A program made the translations under genes and the position numbers. Shown piece after piece: positions 24,483 to 35,904 of a stretch of DNA of 64,000 nt. Below the pieces are notes generated by a model, which was given only the letters and a program-made list of their open reading frames with translations, made no database searches and was not told where the DNA came from. The first letter of the stretch is position 1, and every line of letters begins with the position of its first letter. The stretch covers positions 424,684 through 488,683 of the forward strand of contig NW_003314340.1 of the NCBI RefSeq assembly GCF_000143415.4, in the 5' to 3' direction. Origin of the DNA: Selaginella moellendorffii (Eukaryota > Plantae > Lycopodiophyta).

Positions 24483-26441
24483 CTAGTCAACTTCCTCGAT
24501 CTTGGGCCCCGGGCCATCGGATCCGCCCGAGCCTCCTCCAAACCCAGCGCCGCCGCCTGGAGCGGCGCCACCAGCAGCAGCACCACCACCACCCTGGTAC
24601 ATTCTCGCGATCACCGGGTTGCAGATCCCCTCGAGCTCCTTCTGCTTGTCCTCGAGCTCCTCCACCTCCGCCAGCTGATTCGCATCCAGCCACTCGATCG
24701 TCTTGTTGATCGCCTCCTCGATCTTCTTCTTGTCCGCGGGATCCAGCTTCCCGGCCACATTGTCGTCCCGGATCGTGTTCCTCATGTTGTACGCATAGTT
24801 CTCCAGCGCGTTCCTGGCGTCGATCTTCTTCCTCGCCTCATCGTCCTCCGCCTTGAACTTCTCCGCCTCCTGGACGAGCTTGCTGATCTCCTCCTTGCTC
24901 AGCCGCCCCTTGTCATTCGTGATGACGATCTTGTTCTTCTTGCCGGTCGTCTTGTCCTCCGCCGAGACGTTGAGGATACCATTGGCGTCCATGTCGAACG
25001 CCACCGTGATCTGCGGGACACCCCTCGGAGCCGGAGGAATGCCGGAGAGCTCGAACTTCCCCAGGAGATTGTTGTCTCGGGTCCGAGCACGCTCGCCCTC
25101 GAACACCTGGATCAAGACGCCCGGCTGGTTGTCCGAGTACGTCGAGAAGATCTGCTCCTTCCTAGCCGGAATGGTGGTGTTCCGCGGGATGAGCGTCGTC
25201 ATGACTCCTCCGGCCGTCTCCAGTCCCAGCGAGAGCGGAGCTACGTCGAGGAGCACCACCTCTTGCACCTTCTCGTGCTCCACGCCGCTGAGGATCGCCG
25301 CCTGGACCGCCGCGCCATACGCCACCGCCTCGTCCGGGTTGATGCTCTTGCACAGGTCCTTGCCATTGAAGAAGTCCTGGAGTAGCTGCTGGACTTTGGG
25401 GATCCGGGTGGAGCCGCCGACGAGAACCACGTCATGGATGGATCCCTTGTCCATCTTCGAGTCCTTGAGGCACTTCTCCACTGGCTCCATGCACTTGCGG
25501 AACAAATCCATGCACAGCTCCTCGAACCTGGCCCGGGTGATGCTCGCGTTGAAGTCGATCCCCTCGTACAGCGACTCGACGTTGATCGTCGTCTGGGACG
25601 TGGACGAGAGCGTCCGCTTGGCTCGCTCGCAGGCCGTCCTCAATCGCCGCAGCGCTCTGGCGTTGTCACTGATGTCCTTGCGGTACTTCCGCTTGAACTC
25701 CTGCGCGAAGAAGTTCACCATCCTGTTGTCGAAGTCCTCGCCACCCAAGTGCGTGTCTCCGGCCGTGGCCTTGACCTCGAACACCCCCTGGTCGATCGTG
25801 AGGATCGAGACATCGAAAGTTCCACCGCCCAGGTCGAAGATCAAGATGTTCTTCTCGCCGGTGCTCGACGACTTCTTGTCCAGGCCGTAGGCGATGGCCG
25901 CCGCGGTGGGCTCGTTGATGATCCTCAGCACATTCAAACCCGCGATCACTCCAGCGTCCTTGGTAGCCTGGCGCTGCGAGTCATTGAAATAGGCAGGCAC
26001 CGTCACCACCGCGTCCTTGACGCTCTTGCCCACGAAAACCTCCGCGATCTCCTTCATCTTGGTGAGAACCATGGAGGAGATCTCCTCGGCCGAGAATTGC
26101 TTCTGCTCGTTCTTGTAAGTCACCACGATCATGGGCTTGTCGCTCGGCCCCGCGATCACCTTGAAGGGCCACAGCTTCATGTCCGCCTGGACGGATGGAT
26201 CGCTGAATTTCCTGCCGATGAGCCGCTTGGCATCGAAGACGGTGTTGGAGGGATTGAGCGCGACCTGGTTCTTGGCGGCGTCGCCGATGAGCCGCTCCGT
26301 GTCCGTGAAGGCGACATAGCTGGGCGTCGTCCGGTTGCCCTGATCGTTGGCGATGATCTCCACTCGATCGTGCTGCCAAACCCCGACGCACGAGTACGTC
26401 GTGCCCAGATCGATCCCGACTGCTGGCGCTGTCGACGACAT
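24483..26441 (-). CDS. HSP70: Cytosolic heat shock protein 70, intronless
   Basis: [33 protein letters not shown] and C-terminal GPKIEEVD; uninterrupted ORF, ATG at 26441. Confidence 0.98.
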   Translation of the reverse strand: MSSTAPAVGIDLGTTYSCVGVWQHDRVEIIANDQGNRTTPSYVAFTDTERLIGDAAKNQVALNPSNTVFDAKRLIGRKFSDPSVQADMKLWPFKVIAGPSDKPMIVVTYKNEQKQFSAEEISSMVLTKMKEIAEVFVGKSVKDAVVTVPAYFNDSQRQATKDAGVIAGLNVLRIINEPTAAAIAYGLDKKSSSTGEKNILIFDLGGGTFDVSILTIDQGVFEVKATAGDTHLGGEDFDNRMVNFFAQEFKRKYRKDISDNARALRRLRTACERAKRTLSSTSQTTINVESLYEGIDFNASITRARFEELCMDLFRKCMEPVEKCLKDSKMDKGSIHDVVLVGGSTRIPKVQQLLQDFFNGKDLCKSINPDEAVAYGAAVQAAILSGVEHEKVQEVVLLDVAPLSLGLETAGGVMTTLIPRNTTIPARKEQIFSTYSDNQPGVLIQVFEGERARTRDNNLLGKFELSGIPPAPRGVPQITVAFDMDANGILNVSAEDKTTGKKNKIVITNDKGRLSKEEISKLVQEAEKFKAEDDEARKKIDARNALENYAYNMRNTIRDDNVAGKLDPADKKKIEEAINKTIEWLDANQLAEVEELEDKQKELEGICNPVIARMYQGGGGAAAGGAAPGGGAGFGGGSGGSDGPGPKIEEVD

Positions 26442-26563
26442 TGCGATCTTCGCGCTGCTCACTCGATTTCTAGAGAATCTAGCTAAGAATTTCTCTCTTT
26501 CCACTCACCGATCGATCGAAATCTTCTTTCTTGCTTCTTGGAATGCCAGAGAAAAACCCTCGC

Positions 26564-26623
26564 ATTTATATACCGGGATTGGAAAGCTCCAGAGCGCTCT
26601 GGAAAGCTCCAGAGCGCTCTAGA
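26564..26623 (-). promoter_or_regulatory. HSP70 TATA box and heat-shock-element-like array
   Basis: TATATAAAT on the minus strand at about 26564-26572; alternating nGAAn-like pentamers within (ggaaagctccagagcgctct)x2. Confidence 0.7.
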
Positions 26624-26681
26624 TGAAATTTGCCACGTGTACACCACCAGTATTTTACCTGGCCAGGTGTCAACGAGTGGC

Positions 26682-26713
26682 AGGGTTAGGGTTTAGGGCG
26701 ATTGTTTAGGGTT
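26682..26713 (+). promoter_or_regulatory. Telo-box motifs upstream of RPL36
   Basis: agggttagggtttaggg and tttagggtt (AAACCCTA on the reverse strand), typical of plant ribosomal-protein promoters. Confidence 0.7.
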
Positions 26714-26725
26714 CTTGGGGCGGCG

Positions 26726-27170
26726 ATGGCGCCCAGCGTAGCGAGCGGCGGCATTGCCATCGGCCTCAACAAGGGCCATGTCGTCACCAAGAGGATGCCG
26801 GCGAAGCGGCCGATCGCGATGCGAGGGGTAAATCTTAGATCTGGTGTTTCAGCTGCTAGAAATCCTCGAAATCTCTCTTGTCTTTTGTGTAGAAAGGGCA
26901 GAAGAGGACGCTGTTCGTGAGGAAGCTCATCCGGGAGGTCGTGGGGTTTGCGCCCTACGAGAAGAGGATCACGGAGCTTCTCAAGGTCGGCAAGGACAAG
27001 CGCGCATTGAAGGTCGCCAAGCGAAAGCTTGGGTCTCATCTGAGAGCCAAGAAGAAGCGCGAGGAGATGTCCACTGTTTTAAGGAAGATGAGGTACCTAT
27101 GCATTTTTCTTTCTAGCCATTGTATCTTTAGCTCACAGTTCTTGTGACTTTCAGGTCTTCCGGGAAGTGA
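26726..27170 (+). CDS. RPL36: 60S ribosomal protein L36 (eL36), three exons
   Basis: [53 protein letters not shown]. Confidence 0.97.
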
Positions 27171-27275
27171 GAGACACTGTTTTTTCCAAACTTTTTTCTT
27201 TGAATCAATCGCAACGACTCGTATTGACAGATCGATCGAGCTCGATATGGTACAGACCCGTGTTTCGTGTTATCT

Positions 27276-28004
27276 CTATCGTTTCTTCTTGAGCATATCT
27301 CTGACTTCGTCTAGTACAAGCCATGCCTGGTGGCCGCCTATAACTTCGCCTTGCTTCTCTCCGTTTCGCCAAAGCTTGAGGAAAATCCGAAAGTGAGAAT
27401 GGACAAGGGAAGAGGATCGATCATTGCTTGCTTACCTGAATCGTGGGCATTTTCTGCAGATCAAACAAGCGAAGAACTCAGAACTTGGAACTTCAAAAGC
27501 AAAGAAAAAACTCGAGGTTCGTTCGATATTTTACCGTGACTGACGCTCGCTCTATGAGTGATTTTGGCACACAATTCACGTCCACGCAGTAGAAGTTGAT
27601 ACTGTTTCACGACTCGAGATGAGAATCGCCAAGAACGTCGAGACAAGAGGGATTTCTTACTGTGGATAGAACTCGGCCCCAAGCTTCTCGAGCTTGGGCT
27701 TCAAGTAGATGCACTTCCGACACCACAGTGCCATCCTGGAAGGTTTGGAGTTTACGAAATGATATACGGCGCTCGAAAGTTACCATTCGATCACTGCTCC
27801 TTTGTTGGATTCCTGGCAGTCGAGTAGAACTCGGTCGAATTCCTCCTCGCTTGTGATGGGGTGGAGCTCAACCTTGTCGGGCTTTTGGATTCCTCCCCAC
27901 CAGGTAGCGGCTTGGATTGCCATTCCTTTCCTTGAGTTGGGCGTATTGGGCGGACAGGGAGAGAATCTAATGAGAGATTGCGAGGGCAAGAGCGCGCACG
28001 CCAT
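27276..28004 (-). CDS. Chloroplast atypical thioredoxin, WCRKC type (thioredoxin-like 3)
   Basis: Spliced reading gives [19 protein letters not shown]; C-terminal [18 protein letters not shown]; transit-peptide-like N-terminus. Confidence 0.92.
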
Positions 28005-28158
28005 GGATAGAGATAAATCCGATAAGCGAATATTTTTAACCAACATGGAATATTCTTTATTAGGGCAGTTGAAATTAAAGGACGAATAGTTTCAACCCTA
28101 GAGCAATTAAGCAAATTAGAGAATATTCGTTAACCAGCAAAGAATATTCTTTAGGGCA

Positions 28159-29635
28159 ATGGCAAAGACGAAGAAGCACAAGCCGAATCCGCGGAAGAAG
28201 AGGAAGAAGGGGAGCGATTGCCTTGCGCTCAGCTGCTTAGAGGCGTGGTCTCGATGCGATGGCGCTGTGTTGGTGGATCTACACTGCCACACCACTTGCA
28301 GCGATGGATTGCTCAGCCCGCCAGCGCTCGTGGAGCGAGCTCACAAGAGAGGGGTACGCGCTGGCTCGTGTCTTTCTCGACTACACTCTTGTCTTCCAGG
28401 TTAAAGTTCTGGCGCTCACGGATCACGACACCATGGCCGGCGTCCCAGCCGCCATCGCCGCCGCTCGGAGCTATGGAATGCGGATCATCCCTGGAGTGGA
28501 GATCAGCTGCCGATATCTTTCCAGGTAGAGAAGAAGCAAAGTTTTCTCGTTTCTCCGATTGATCAACCCAGGCAATGATTTTCTTTCTGGCAGCTCCGGA
28601 GAGATGGGAGAGCTTGTCCATGTTCTAGCTTACTATGGATGCTGCGGTCCCGCTCAAGGATTGGAGGAGAGGCTGGCTCACATCCGCGAGGGGAGATACG
28701 CTCGAGCGCGTAGCATGGTGGACAAGCTCCGGGATTTGAAGAAACCAGTGAGGTGGGAGAGTGTTCTTGAGTTTGCTGGCGATGGAGTAGCTCCTGGACG
28801 GCCTCACGTCGCTCGGGCTCTCGTCCAGGCCGGGCATGTTAGCAGCGTTGGCGAAGCGTTTCACAAGTATCTCCACGATGGCGGACCTGCGTACTCCAAG
28901 TAAGTTTTTCTAGCGAGCTTTCATGGATGGAGATAGAAGTCTTTCTTTGGTTTTGTGCTATAGTGGCTCCGAGCTTCCGGCGGGAGAAGCTGTGGAGCTC
29001 ATCAGAGAAACGGGAGGGATTGCTGTGCTCGCTCATCCCTGGAGCTTAAAGAATCCCTTGGACGTTGTCAAGCAGCTAAAGGACGCCGGGCTTCATGGAA
29101 TGGAAGTTTACAAGTCTTCTGGACGGGACAAAGGTATGATCGTCTCATATTCACGTTCGTGTCATGTTTAGAACTTCGCTTTCCCGTTGCAGCCTTTGCA
29201 GATCTAGCTGACGCTTATCATCTCGTAAAGCTCGGCGGATCAGACTTCCATGGAACTGGCGCGGCGGACGAGACCGATCTGGGGAAAGTGGAAGTTCCCG
29301 CCAAGGCATTGCACGAGTTCCTCCGTGCGGGTGATCCGGTATGGTTGGATTCCGTGATGAGCATCTTGTCGAGTTTTGCGGCAGGGACAATCACGGCTCA
29401 AAGCCCGGATTGTGACCGGAAAGAAGCCAAGAGCAACACAAATACTCTAGATTTATCTGGAGACGCTGAGCTCCGAGTGGTTTCCAACGGGACAGCGCTG
29501 AAACTCTCGTCGTGGCTGAGTGACGAAGAGAAGCAGCGAGTGGTGGCAGCAGCAGCCGAAGCCCATGGTCTCGACGCTAGGATCACAGATGGTAGAGGAG
29601 AAGTTCTCGTAACCAAGATCACGCAGGGTGACTGA
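28159..29635 (+). CDS. PHP-domain phosphoesterase / 5'-3' exonuclease (TrpH/YciV-like)
   Basis: VDLHCHTTCSDG, LTDHDT, GVEIS, GRPHVARAL, VLAHP and GGSDFHG motifs. Confidence 0.93.
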
Positions 29636-29659
29636 GTTGTCTTGATTGTCCAAGTCCTT

Positions 29660-29950
29660 TTCTTTAAAACGTCCGGATCCACCACTGGAAAAGATCACCA
29701 GATTTCATGACATCATCCAGCAAGCACCTGTTCCTTGCAACGAGCCACCTCACTAGTGCTTGGACCTTCTACAAGTCCGATTTTTCGCAAGTTCGTCTTG
29801 CACTGAGAAGATGAGGTGTGTCTTGAAGCTGTGATAATGAATGTTAACATCACTGACCATGTGAACATAGTGCTAAGCTTTTGTAAGCTTTTGACAGTAA
29901 TAAAGCATCGCTTGCCTGATGAATTCTTCCAGTTCGTCAACAACTAAGTC
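29660..29950 (-). pseudogene. NB-ARC-like fragment
   Basis: aaaagatcaccagatttcatgacatcatccagcaagcacct is homologous to the LVLDDVWKSGDL region at 40800 and 63440. Confidence 0.6.
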
Positions 29951-30227
29951 ACAAAGGTGGCTTCAACCAGAGGTCCGTCACAGACAGGAAGTTCAGGCAA
30001 GTTTATGAAATGACAATGGAGAACTTGGGCGACGCCTCTCTCTTTTTTTCAGCTCAACACAACGATCAAGCGCAAGATCAACCAATCTAGAATCTCCAAA
30101 ATCCGCGAATGGGTTCTTCCAACAAAGCACCGGCCGGGATGGTGGGCGATGGACCAAAACGTCATGTATTTTCCAAAGACATCCTGCCATATGGTTTAAG
30201 TAGATGGTATGTTATTTTATTATCGGA

Positions 30228-30444
30228 GCCCGGTTGCTGAGATGATGGCTATCTGGTAAGTGTAGAGGTAAACCGTTGTAGAAGACCCGGGTTCGATGCC
30301 GAAGAGTCCAACCAACAAGGACTTTATGGTAAAGTTTTTTGCTCAATAAGTAGCCCTAGTTCTGGTTTGCTAGCTCACTAAAAAAGCTTAGACCAATCGG
30401 TTGAGGCTTTGGTCTCCCAAACCACAGCTCTCGGGTTCGATTCC
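30228..30444 (+). repeat. Double tRNA-like (A-box/B-box) element, copy 1 (type A)
   Basis: TGGCTATCTGG..GACCCGGGTTCGATGCC, then T6, then TAGACCAATCGG..TGGT-CTCCCAA-ACCA..GGTTCGATTCC. Confidence 0.75.
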
Positions 30445-30691
30445 TCTTTGTAGATAGAATAAAGTCAGGAATATTCATGGCCAGATGGTTAACCTAGTTT
30501 TCCCCTTGTCTAGCATCTTTCCATGGAACACAAAACGTTTGGTCTCCCAGAGTTTTTACTTCTCACCTTCGCTATCTTTCTCCAGGTGCAGTTTAAAAGT
30601 AAATTACATTTTTATTAAGCCTCGCCCTCTGCGAGTATAAAAGATCGCAAAGAACTAGGGCTTTCTCATTCTTCCAGTCAGCAAACGGGAG

Positions 30692-31969
30692 ATGGAGTGC
30701 GTTAAGGTGCGATCGTCAAAGAGATTGTCCAAGAAGTGCAAGAGGCATGCCGAAGACAAGGAGAACAAACTCAAACAACACCACGAGTGTGACACGGAGC
30801 ATATGGACGACGACTCTTCGTCCACACTCTTGGACTTGGAGGCAAGCCTAGATTGTTTGTACGAGAAGCGATCCAGCACCCGAGAGGCCGGCTTGAAGGG
30901 CATGATCGACGCTTTGGTGGCAAGGGTGATGACCCACTTCGTGGAGGACAAGTATGAAACGTTGACTCATCAAATCCTATCGTCAATCAAGCGGAGTTCT
31001 TCGACAGAGGCTGCTCTTGCGGGGCGTGCTCTGGCCATGGTTTCCATCACCGCGGGAGCAGGGAAAGTGGCCGAGCACGTATTCGAGGCTAGCTTCCCTC
31101 ATCTCTCCAAGATTTCCAAGCTCGGACGCGATTCTGCCGCGAGGGTTTCAGCGATTGAGGCTCTCGGGATGTTGGCTTTCGTTGGTGGCGTGGACTTGGA
31201 GGAGGCAAGCGCGATGGAGGTCCTGTGGCAGATTGTCATCCACAAAGGCAGTGCTCACGCAGATCAAACTCTTGGTACGAGCAAACCCACACCTCCAGTC
31301 AAGGCGGCCGCCATCACGGCTTGGAGTTTGCTGCTTTCTACGTTGAGCTCCAAGAGAGTCATGGCCCTCCAGCTCCCGAGTGTGTTGGGAGCTCTGTCCT
31401 GTTTGCTCGAGGATCCAGATGTAGGTGTTCGCAAGGCTGCCGGGGAAGCCATTGCTCTTCTCTTCGAAGTTGGCGGCATCCACCTGTTGGAGGAGCAAGC
31501 TCTTGGCGAAGGTGGAGCAACGGCAATGGAGCTGCAGGTGGTGGATCAGATGAAAGCGCTGGCTGCCTCTTCCAGCCGGAAGGGCCAGACGAAGAAAGAA
31601 AGATCCGAGCAGAGGAGCAGCTTCAGGGACATGGTGGCGACTCTCCAAGGTGGTGCGTGTCATGAGACTTGTGTCAAGCTCAAGCACGGTGACTCGCTCA
31701 AGATCAGTACGTGGAGCCAAACCGTGCAGCTCAATGCCTTCCGAAGCCTCCTGGGCGAAGGCTTTCAGAGGCACTTGCAGGAAAACGATCTCCTGCACCA
31801 AGTGTTCAACTTTGCTCCAAGCAACACTGTGGTTTACAAGGGGACGGCAAAACAGCAAAAGCATCAGAACTGCATGGCGAGTAAAATGAAGACCCAACTC
31901 ATGAACCAGAGAAGGTGTGCGCTTGAGGCCACTCGAAAGTTTAACGACGGTAGCATTGAAATATGCTAG
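30692..31969 (+). CDS. Interferon-related developmental regulator (IFRD/SAT32-like), intronless, copy 1
   Basis: LDCLYEKRSSTREAGL, AAITAWSLLLS, VRKAAGEAIALLFE, KKERSEQRSSFRD, LGEGFQRHLQENDLLHQVF; TATAAAA at about 30636. Confidence 0.92.
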   Translation: MECVKVRSSKRLSKKCKRHAEDKENKLKQHHECDTEHMDDDSSSTLLDLEASLDCLYEKRSSTREAGLKGMIDALVARVMTHFVEDKYETLTHQILSSIKRSSSTEAALAGRALAMVSITAGAGKVAEHVFEASFPHLSKISKLGRDSAARVSAIEALGMLAFVGGVDLEEASAMEVLWQIVIHKGSAHADQTLGTSKPTPPVKAAAITAWSLLLSTLSSKRVMALQLPSVLGALSCLLEDPDVGVRKAAGEAIALLFEVGGIHLLEEQALGEGGATAMELQVVDQMKALAASSSRKGQTKKERSEQRSSFRDMVATLQGGACHETCVKLKHGDSLKISTWSQTVQLNAFRSLLGEGFQRHLQENDLLHQVFNFAPSNTVVYKGTAKQQKHQNCMASKMKTQLMNQRRCALEATRKFNDGSIEIC

Positions 31970-32379
31970 AGGAGTGGAAATCTTTAACATTCAAATGTAT
32001 CAAACTTAAGATCACTTAAGAGAGAGAACTAAAACGACTTGTGTATGCTACAAAGATCTCAAGCTGAAAAAATGTCGAGAATTCTACTCGACCTCTTCAA
32101 GCGGTTTACTTTTCAGCTTGGCCTTTCTTGAGCGCTGAAACATTGAGTGCCTCGTTAGCATGTTTACAACTTCTCTCTAGCTTCGTACCCTCCAGGGGAG
32201 AAACTTTCTGCTCCTCATTCTGCAGCGCAAGTGAGAGGAAAACGAAGCCGAGAAGCTTACTCGCAGTACTTGCGGGCGAGACTTTGTAGTGACTGCGTGT
32301 TATACCTGTCTTTCATCTTCTCAACGCGTTTCATCTCCTTGAGTTTCACCAGGTTTTCCTGCCTCTTCTTTCAGCTCTG

Positions 32380-32830
32380 TATGGCAGCGACATAAGAGCA
32401 AAACAGAGCCCCCAATCTTGACTTCCCAAACCAAAAACATGCTCAGAATTAAAGTGAGCAAGTGAGAAAGTTGTGCACAAGTGTGGGGGTCTTGAAGGTG
32501 ATTGGCAGAAGAATGGCAGGCAGGCGTGGACTGTGAACAATTTCAAGATGTCGTCCTCTCCCAAAAAAGCCCCCATCTTGGTTTTAATTTCACCTTTAAG
32601 CTTTCGGGTGGTAACCAAGATCTTGCTTCGATTTTGTATCAAAACGATCCAAAAGATCACTAGATTTCGAGACATTCATTGTCGATTGGACCGATTTTTG
32701 GCAAGTTCGTCTTGCTTTGCCTCCACCTGAGAAGATGCAAGAAGATGTGATAAAGGAACGTAAATGTCACATGATTGACCGCGTGAACATAGTGGTAAGC
32801 TTTTGAGAGTAATGAGGCGATCGACCAAAA
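32380..32830 (-). pseudogene. NB-ARC-like fragment (duplicated at 37150-37600)
   Basis: NRSKILVTTR and neighbouring sequence are homologous to 40600-40930. Confidence 0.6.
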
Positions 32831-32887
32831 CGTAAACACACCCTGCCATATGGTTTAACTACATGGTATTGTTATTTTATTATCGGA

Positions 32888-33104
32888 GCCCGGTTGCCGA
32901 GATGATGGCTATCAGGTAAGTGTAGAGGTAAACCGTTGTAGAAGACCCGGGTTCGATGCCGAAGAGTCCAACCAACAAGGACTTTATGGTAAAGTTTTTT
33001 GCTCAATAAGTAGCCCTAGTTCTGGCTTGCTAGCTCACTAAAAAAGCTTAGACCAATCAGTTGAGGCCTTGGTCTCCCAAACCACAGCTCTCGGGTTCGA
33101 TTCT
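32888..33104 (+). repeat. Double tRNA-like element, copy 2 (type B)
   Basis: Offset +2660 from copy 1 with a few substitutions (ccgag, atcagg, aatcag, ggcctt). Confidence 0.75.
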
Positions 33105-33189
33105 TCTTGGTAGATAGAATAGAGAGTGGGAAAATGCGGCAATATGCTTGCAAAGCTTGAGCCCTAGTTTATTTTTCCCCTTCTCCGTC

Positions 33190-35110
33190 GTCGTTTCGCT
33201 TCGCCCTATCGCCCTAGCAACGACAAGATCGTCCAGCTCGAGTTCCATCCCGCGCAGCCCTGCCTCGCAGCTGCTCGTGGATCTGGCGCCGTCGCATCGC
33301 CAGGTGAGCTGCTCTTGCTCGGGAAATCGCGAAACCTCACATTCGGGGTTTCTACCTCCTGTATGAGCTCAATGCTGGGGCATAAGCGCCTCGTTGTGGA
33401 GATCCGGGTAACATATTTCTGGATGCGTCTCTTTGATCCACCCTGTTAGATACGATATTTGTAATTGAAGGAAGGTAACGACTGTGACAGGCTTCCTTAG
33501 TTGTAACTTGTAATGGTGTTCTTCTTCTTTGCCTTGGCAGTGTGAAGCACATCAGATTTGACGATGGGTGGATCAGTTGGACACGCTCATTCCTCTCCAG
33601 CTCACTTCTCTCCATCCCGTTGTTTGGGTAGCTCTGGCTCCACTCGAGGCCGACACTTCCTCCTCGTTGTCTGCTGCGAGAACAAAGACATCTTCTCCGA
33701 TCTCAGCACAGTGCGTGCTCGGCAAACAAATCCTGGAAAACAAAGCGCCTCTATGGTATGTTTGTGAGCGTCATTTCTTTTTTATCTAGCGTCGTCTTGG
33801 GTGATGCCAGGGTGCTTCGCTTGTGGAGATGGCACGACTCTTATGACGTCTAGCGCGGCGGTAAGTTGAGAGCTCTCGGGTTTTTGATAGAGAGCCTAGT
33901 TAAATCTCTGAATTTCCAGACGCTTTTGGTGTCCGTGGCTATGGAATGAATGGAATTGCTCTTTCCTGATTTGCCTCTGCGGGCTCACGATGGTGGTGTG
34001 CACGGGATGGAAATGGCCAAAGTACCACCAAAGGGACCTCCTCAACTTGTAAACCAAGATGGCATTGGCCATCTGGGATACCACTTCTTTCAGGGTAAGA
34101 TACAAGTATTTCAAATGATCGCTGCAGGAACTTTCTATTACTGTACAAAGGTTTCGTTTCTCTCGAGTCAGTTTGTGTTTACTGTGAATGCGCACCTGAC
34201 TTTCAGTTTTACCGTGCAGGTGTGTGTTCGTCGATGCGGGGGTACGTGCCATTGATGTTGAAAGAAGGAAGAGATGAAGAACCGTGCAGCTCAGGGAGCC
34301 TCCATGGCAGACTGCTTTGTTCGACCACCTATGTTACAGGTACGTTGGTTATACGCTTAGAAGTTTGGTAAGTTTAATTTCTGTCACAGGTTGTCCGGCT
34401 CGCTCCATGCCACACTGCTCCTTCAATTGCACGGCCTCCGCCAGCCAAGTGGATGTGGAAGACAAGAAGGTTGCAGGCGTGGCGTGGCGTTGCGATGGGG
34501 GAGGCGGCGTTGCTGTAGCAGTATGCAGATTACCGATGGAGCGTCCTTTGGATTGTTGACAGGTAACTGGATTGCATTCATTTTAACGGAGCATGATCAT
34601 TTGTGGACGTGCAGTTTGTATGACAGGTTCATGGTTTATCCACCGATGTCTTGCTGCTCACGGAGACGTTACATTGCTAGCGCTGTGAAATGGTATGCTT
34701 TACTGATTGGTAGTACTTGCTTTACTAGTAGTCCTTGTTTTGCAGGGCTTTCAGGCTTGGACGAGAGCACCATGACGACCTTGCTCAGTTTATGCTAGGC
34801 ATGGGCTATGCTACTGAAGCTTTACGTCTGCCTGGCATTCCGAAGGTGGGTTTGTCACTTACATCTCGAAGAGGTTTTGTGTTGAGCGAGTTGCTGGTGT
34901 GTAGGCTGGAGTGTGACCTCGCAAGCAATGCCTCGTCACGCTAAGCCAAGAAGCTGATGCAGTTTGACAACCAAGGAGAAAACAAGCGACGGTTTGTGAA
35001 GTTCTCCGATGAGCTAGTAGATGCCGAGTGCCAAAAAAGCTGGCAGTGGCTGGTCCTGTCGAAGGGGAATCGAATGAGAATACTCGGGCGCTCGTCCAGG
35101 TTTGTCTTTC
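33190..35110 (+). pseudogene. Heavily deleted pseudogene of the TPLATE-complex WD40 subunit (TWD40-2-like)
   Basis: RPSNDKIVQLEFHPAQP, LYELNAG, QLREPPWQ and HHDDLAQFMLGMGYATEALRLPGI|RLECDLA, with retained introns, stops and frameshifts. Family recognised from memory. Confidence 0.75.
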
Positions 35111-35504
35111 TTGACATTCACTTGACTCATTGTAACAGCTCGTGCCTATTAGTTTAGATACAACAGGAGGAGGCCCAGAAACATTGGTAGTGGTGAGCTT
35201 TTCAGAGTTATGAAGGATCGGTTGCCTGATGATCACTTCCAGTTCGTCAACAGGTAAGTTACACCAAGTTTATGAAATGACAATGGAGAACTTTGGTGAC
35301 GCCTCTCTCCTCTTTTTCTCAGCTCAACACAACGATCAAGCGCAGCGCAATCTATCGACCAATCTAGAATCTCCAAAATCCGCAAATGGGTTCTTCCAAG
35401 GACGAAGCGCCGAGAATGCGGGGGATGGTACCAAAACGTCATGTATCTTCCAAAGACATCCTGCCATATGGTTTAAGTAGATGGTATGTTATTTTATTAT
35501 CGGA

Positions 35505-35721
35505 GCCCGGTTGCTGAGATGATGGCTATCTGGTAAGTGTAGAGGTAAACCGTTGTAGAAGACCCGGGTTCGATGCCGAAGAGTCCAACCAACAAGGGCT
35601 TTATGGTAAAGTTTTTTGCTCAATAAGTAGCCCTAGTTCTGGTTTGTTAGCTCACTAAAAAAGCTTAGACCAATCGGTTGAGGCTTTGGTCTCCCAAACC
35701 ACAGCTCTCGGGTTCGATTCC
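35505..35721 (+). repeat. Double tRNA-like element, copy 3 (type A)
   Basis: Offset +5277 from copy 1. Confidence 0.75.
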
Positions 35722-35904
35722 TCTTTGTAGATAGAATAAAGTCAGGAATATTCATGGCCAGATGGTTAACCTAGTTTTCCCCTTGTCTAGCAAGATTGCC
35801 CTTGTTTAAAAGTAAATTACATTTTTATTAAGCCTCGCCCTCTGCGAGTATAAAAGATCGCAAAGAACTAGGGCTTTCTCATTCTCCCAGTCAGCAAACG
35901 GGCG

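Larger units (their letters stand above)
31145..33104 (+). repeat. Near-identical segmental duplication unit (matches 35915-37874)
   Basis: Sequence lines are essentially identical at offset +4770. Confidence 0.97.

Noticed and set aside
24375-26486. Long plus-strand ORFs (336, 345 and 350 aa) opposite HSP70
   Set aside because: Antisense ORFs are a known by-product of GC3-rich HSP70 codon usage; no independent motifs.
30228-30310. Possible selenocysteine tRNA (starts GCCCGG)
   Set aside because: No TCA anticodon, no extended acceptor stem and no matching 3' end.
30382-30455. Functional tRNA-Gly(CCC)
   Set aside because: The acceptor stem cannot form and the D and T stems are mismatched.
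31148-31990. 280-aa antisense ORF repeated in all three IFRD copies
   Set aside because: Shadow of the IFRD frame; its recurrence only reflects the recent duplication.
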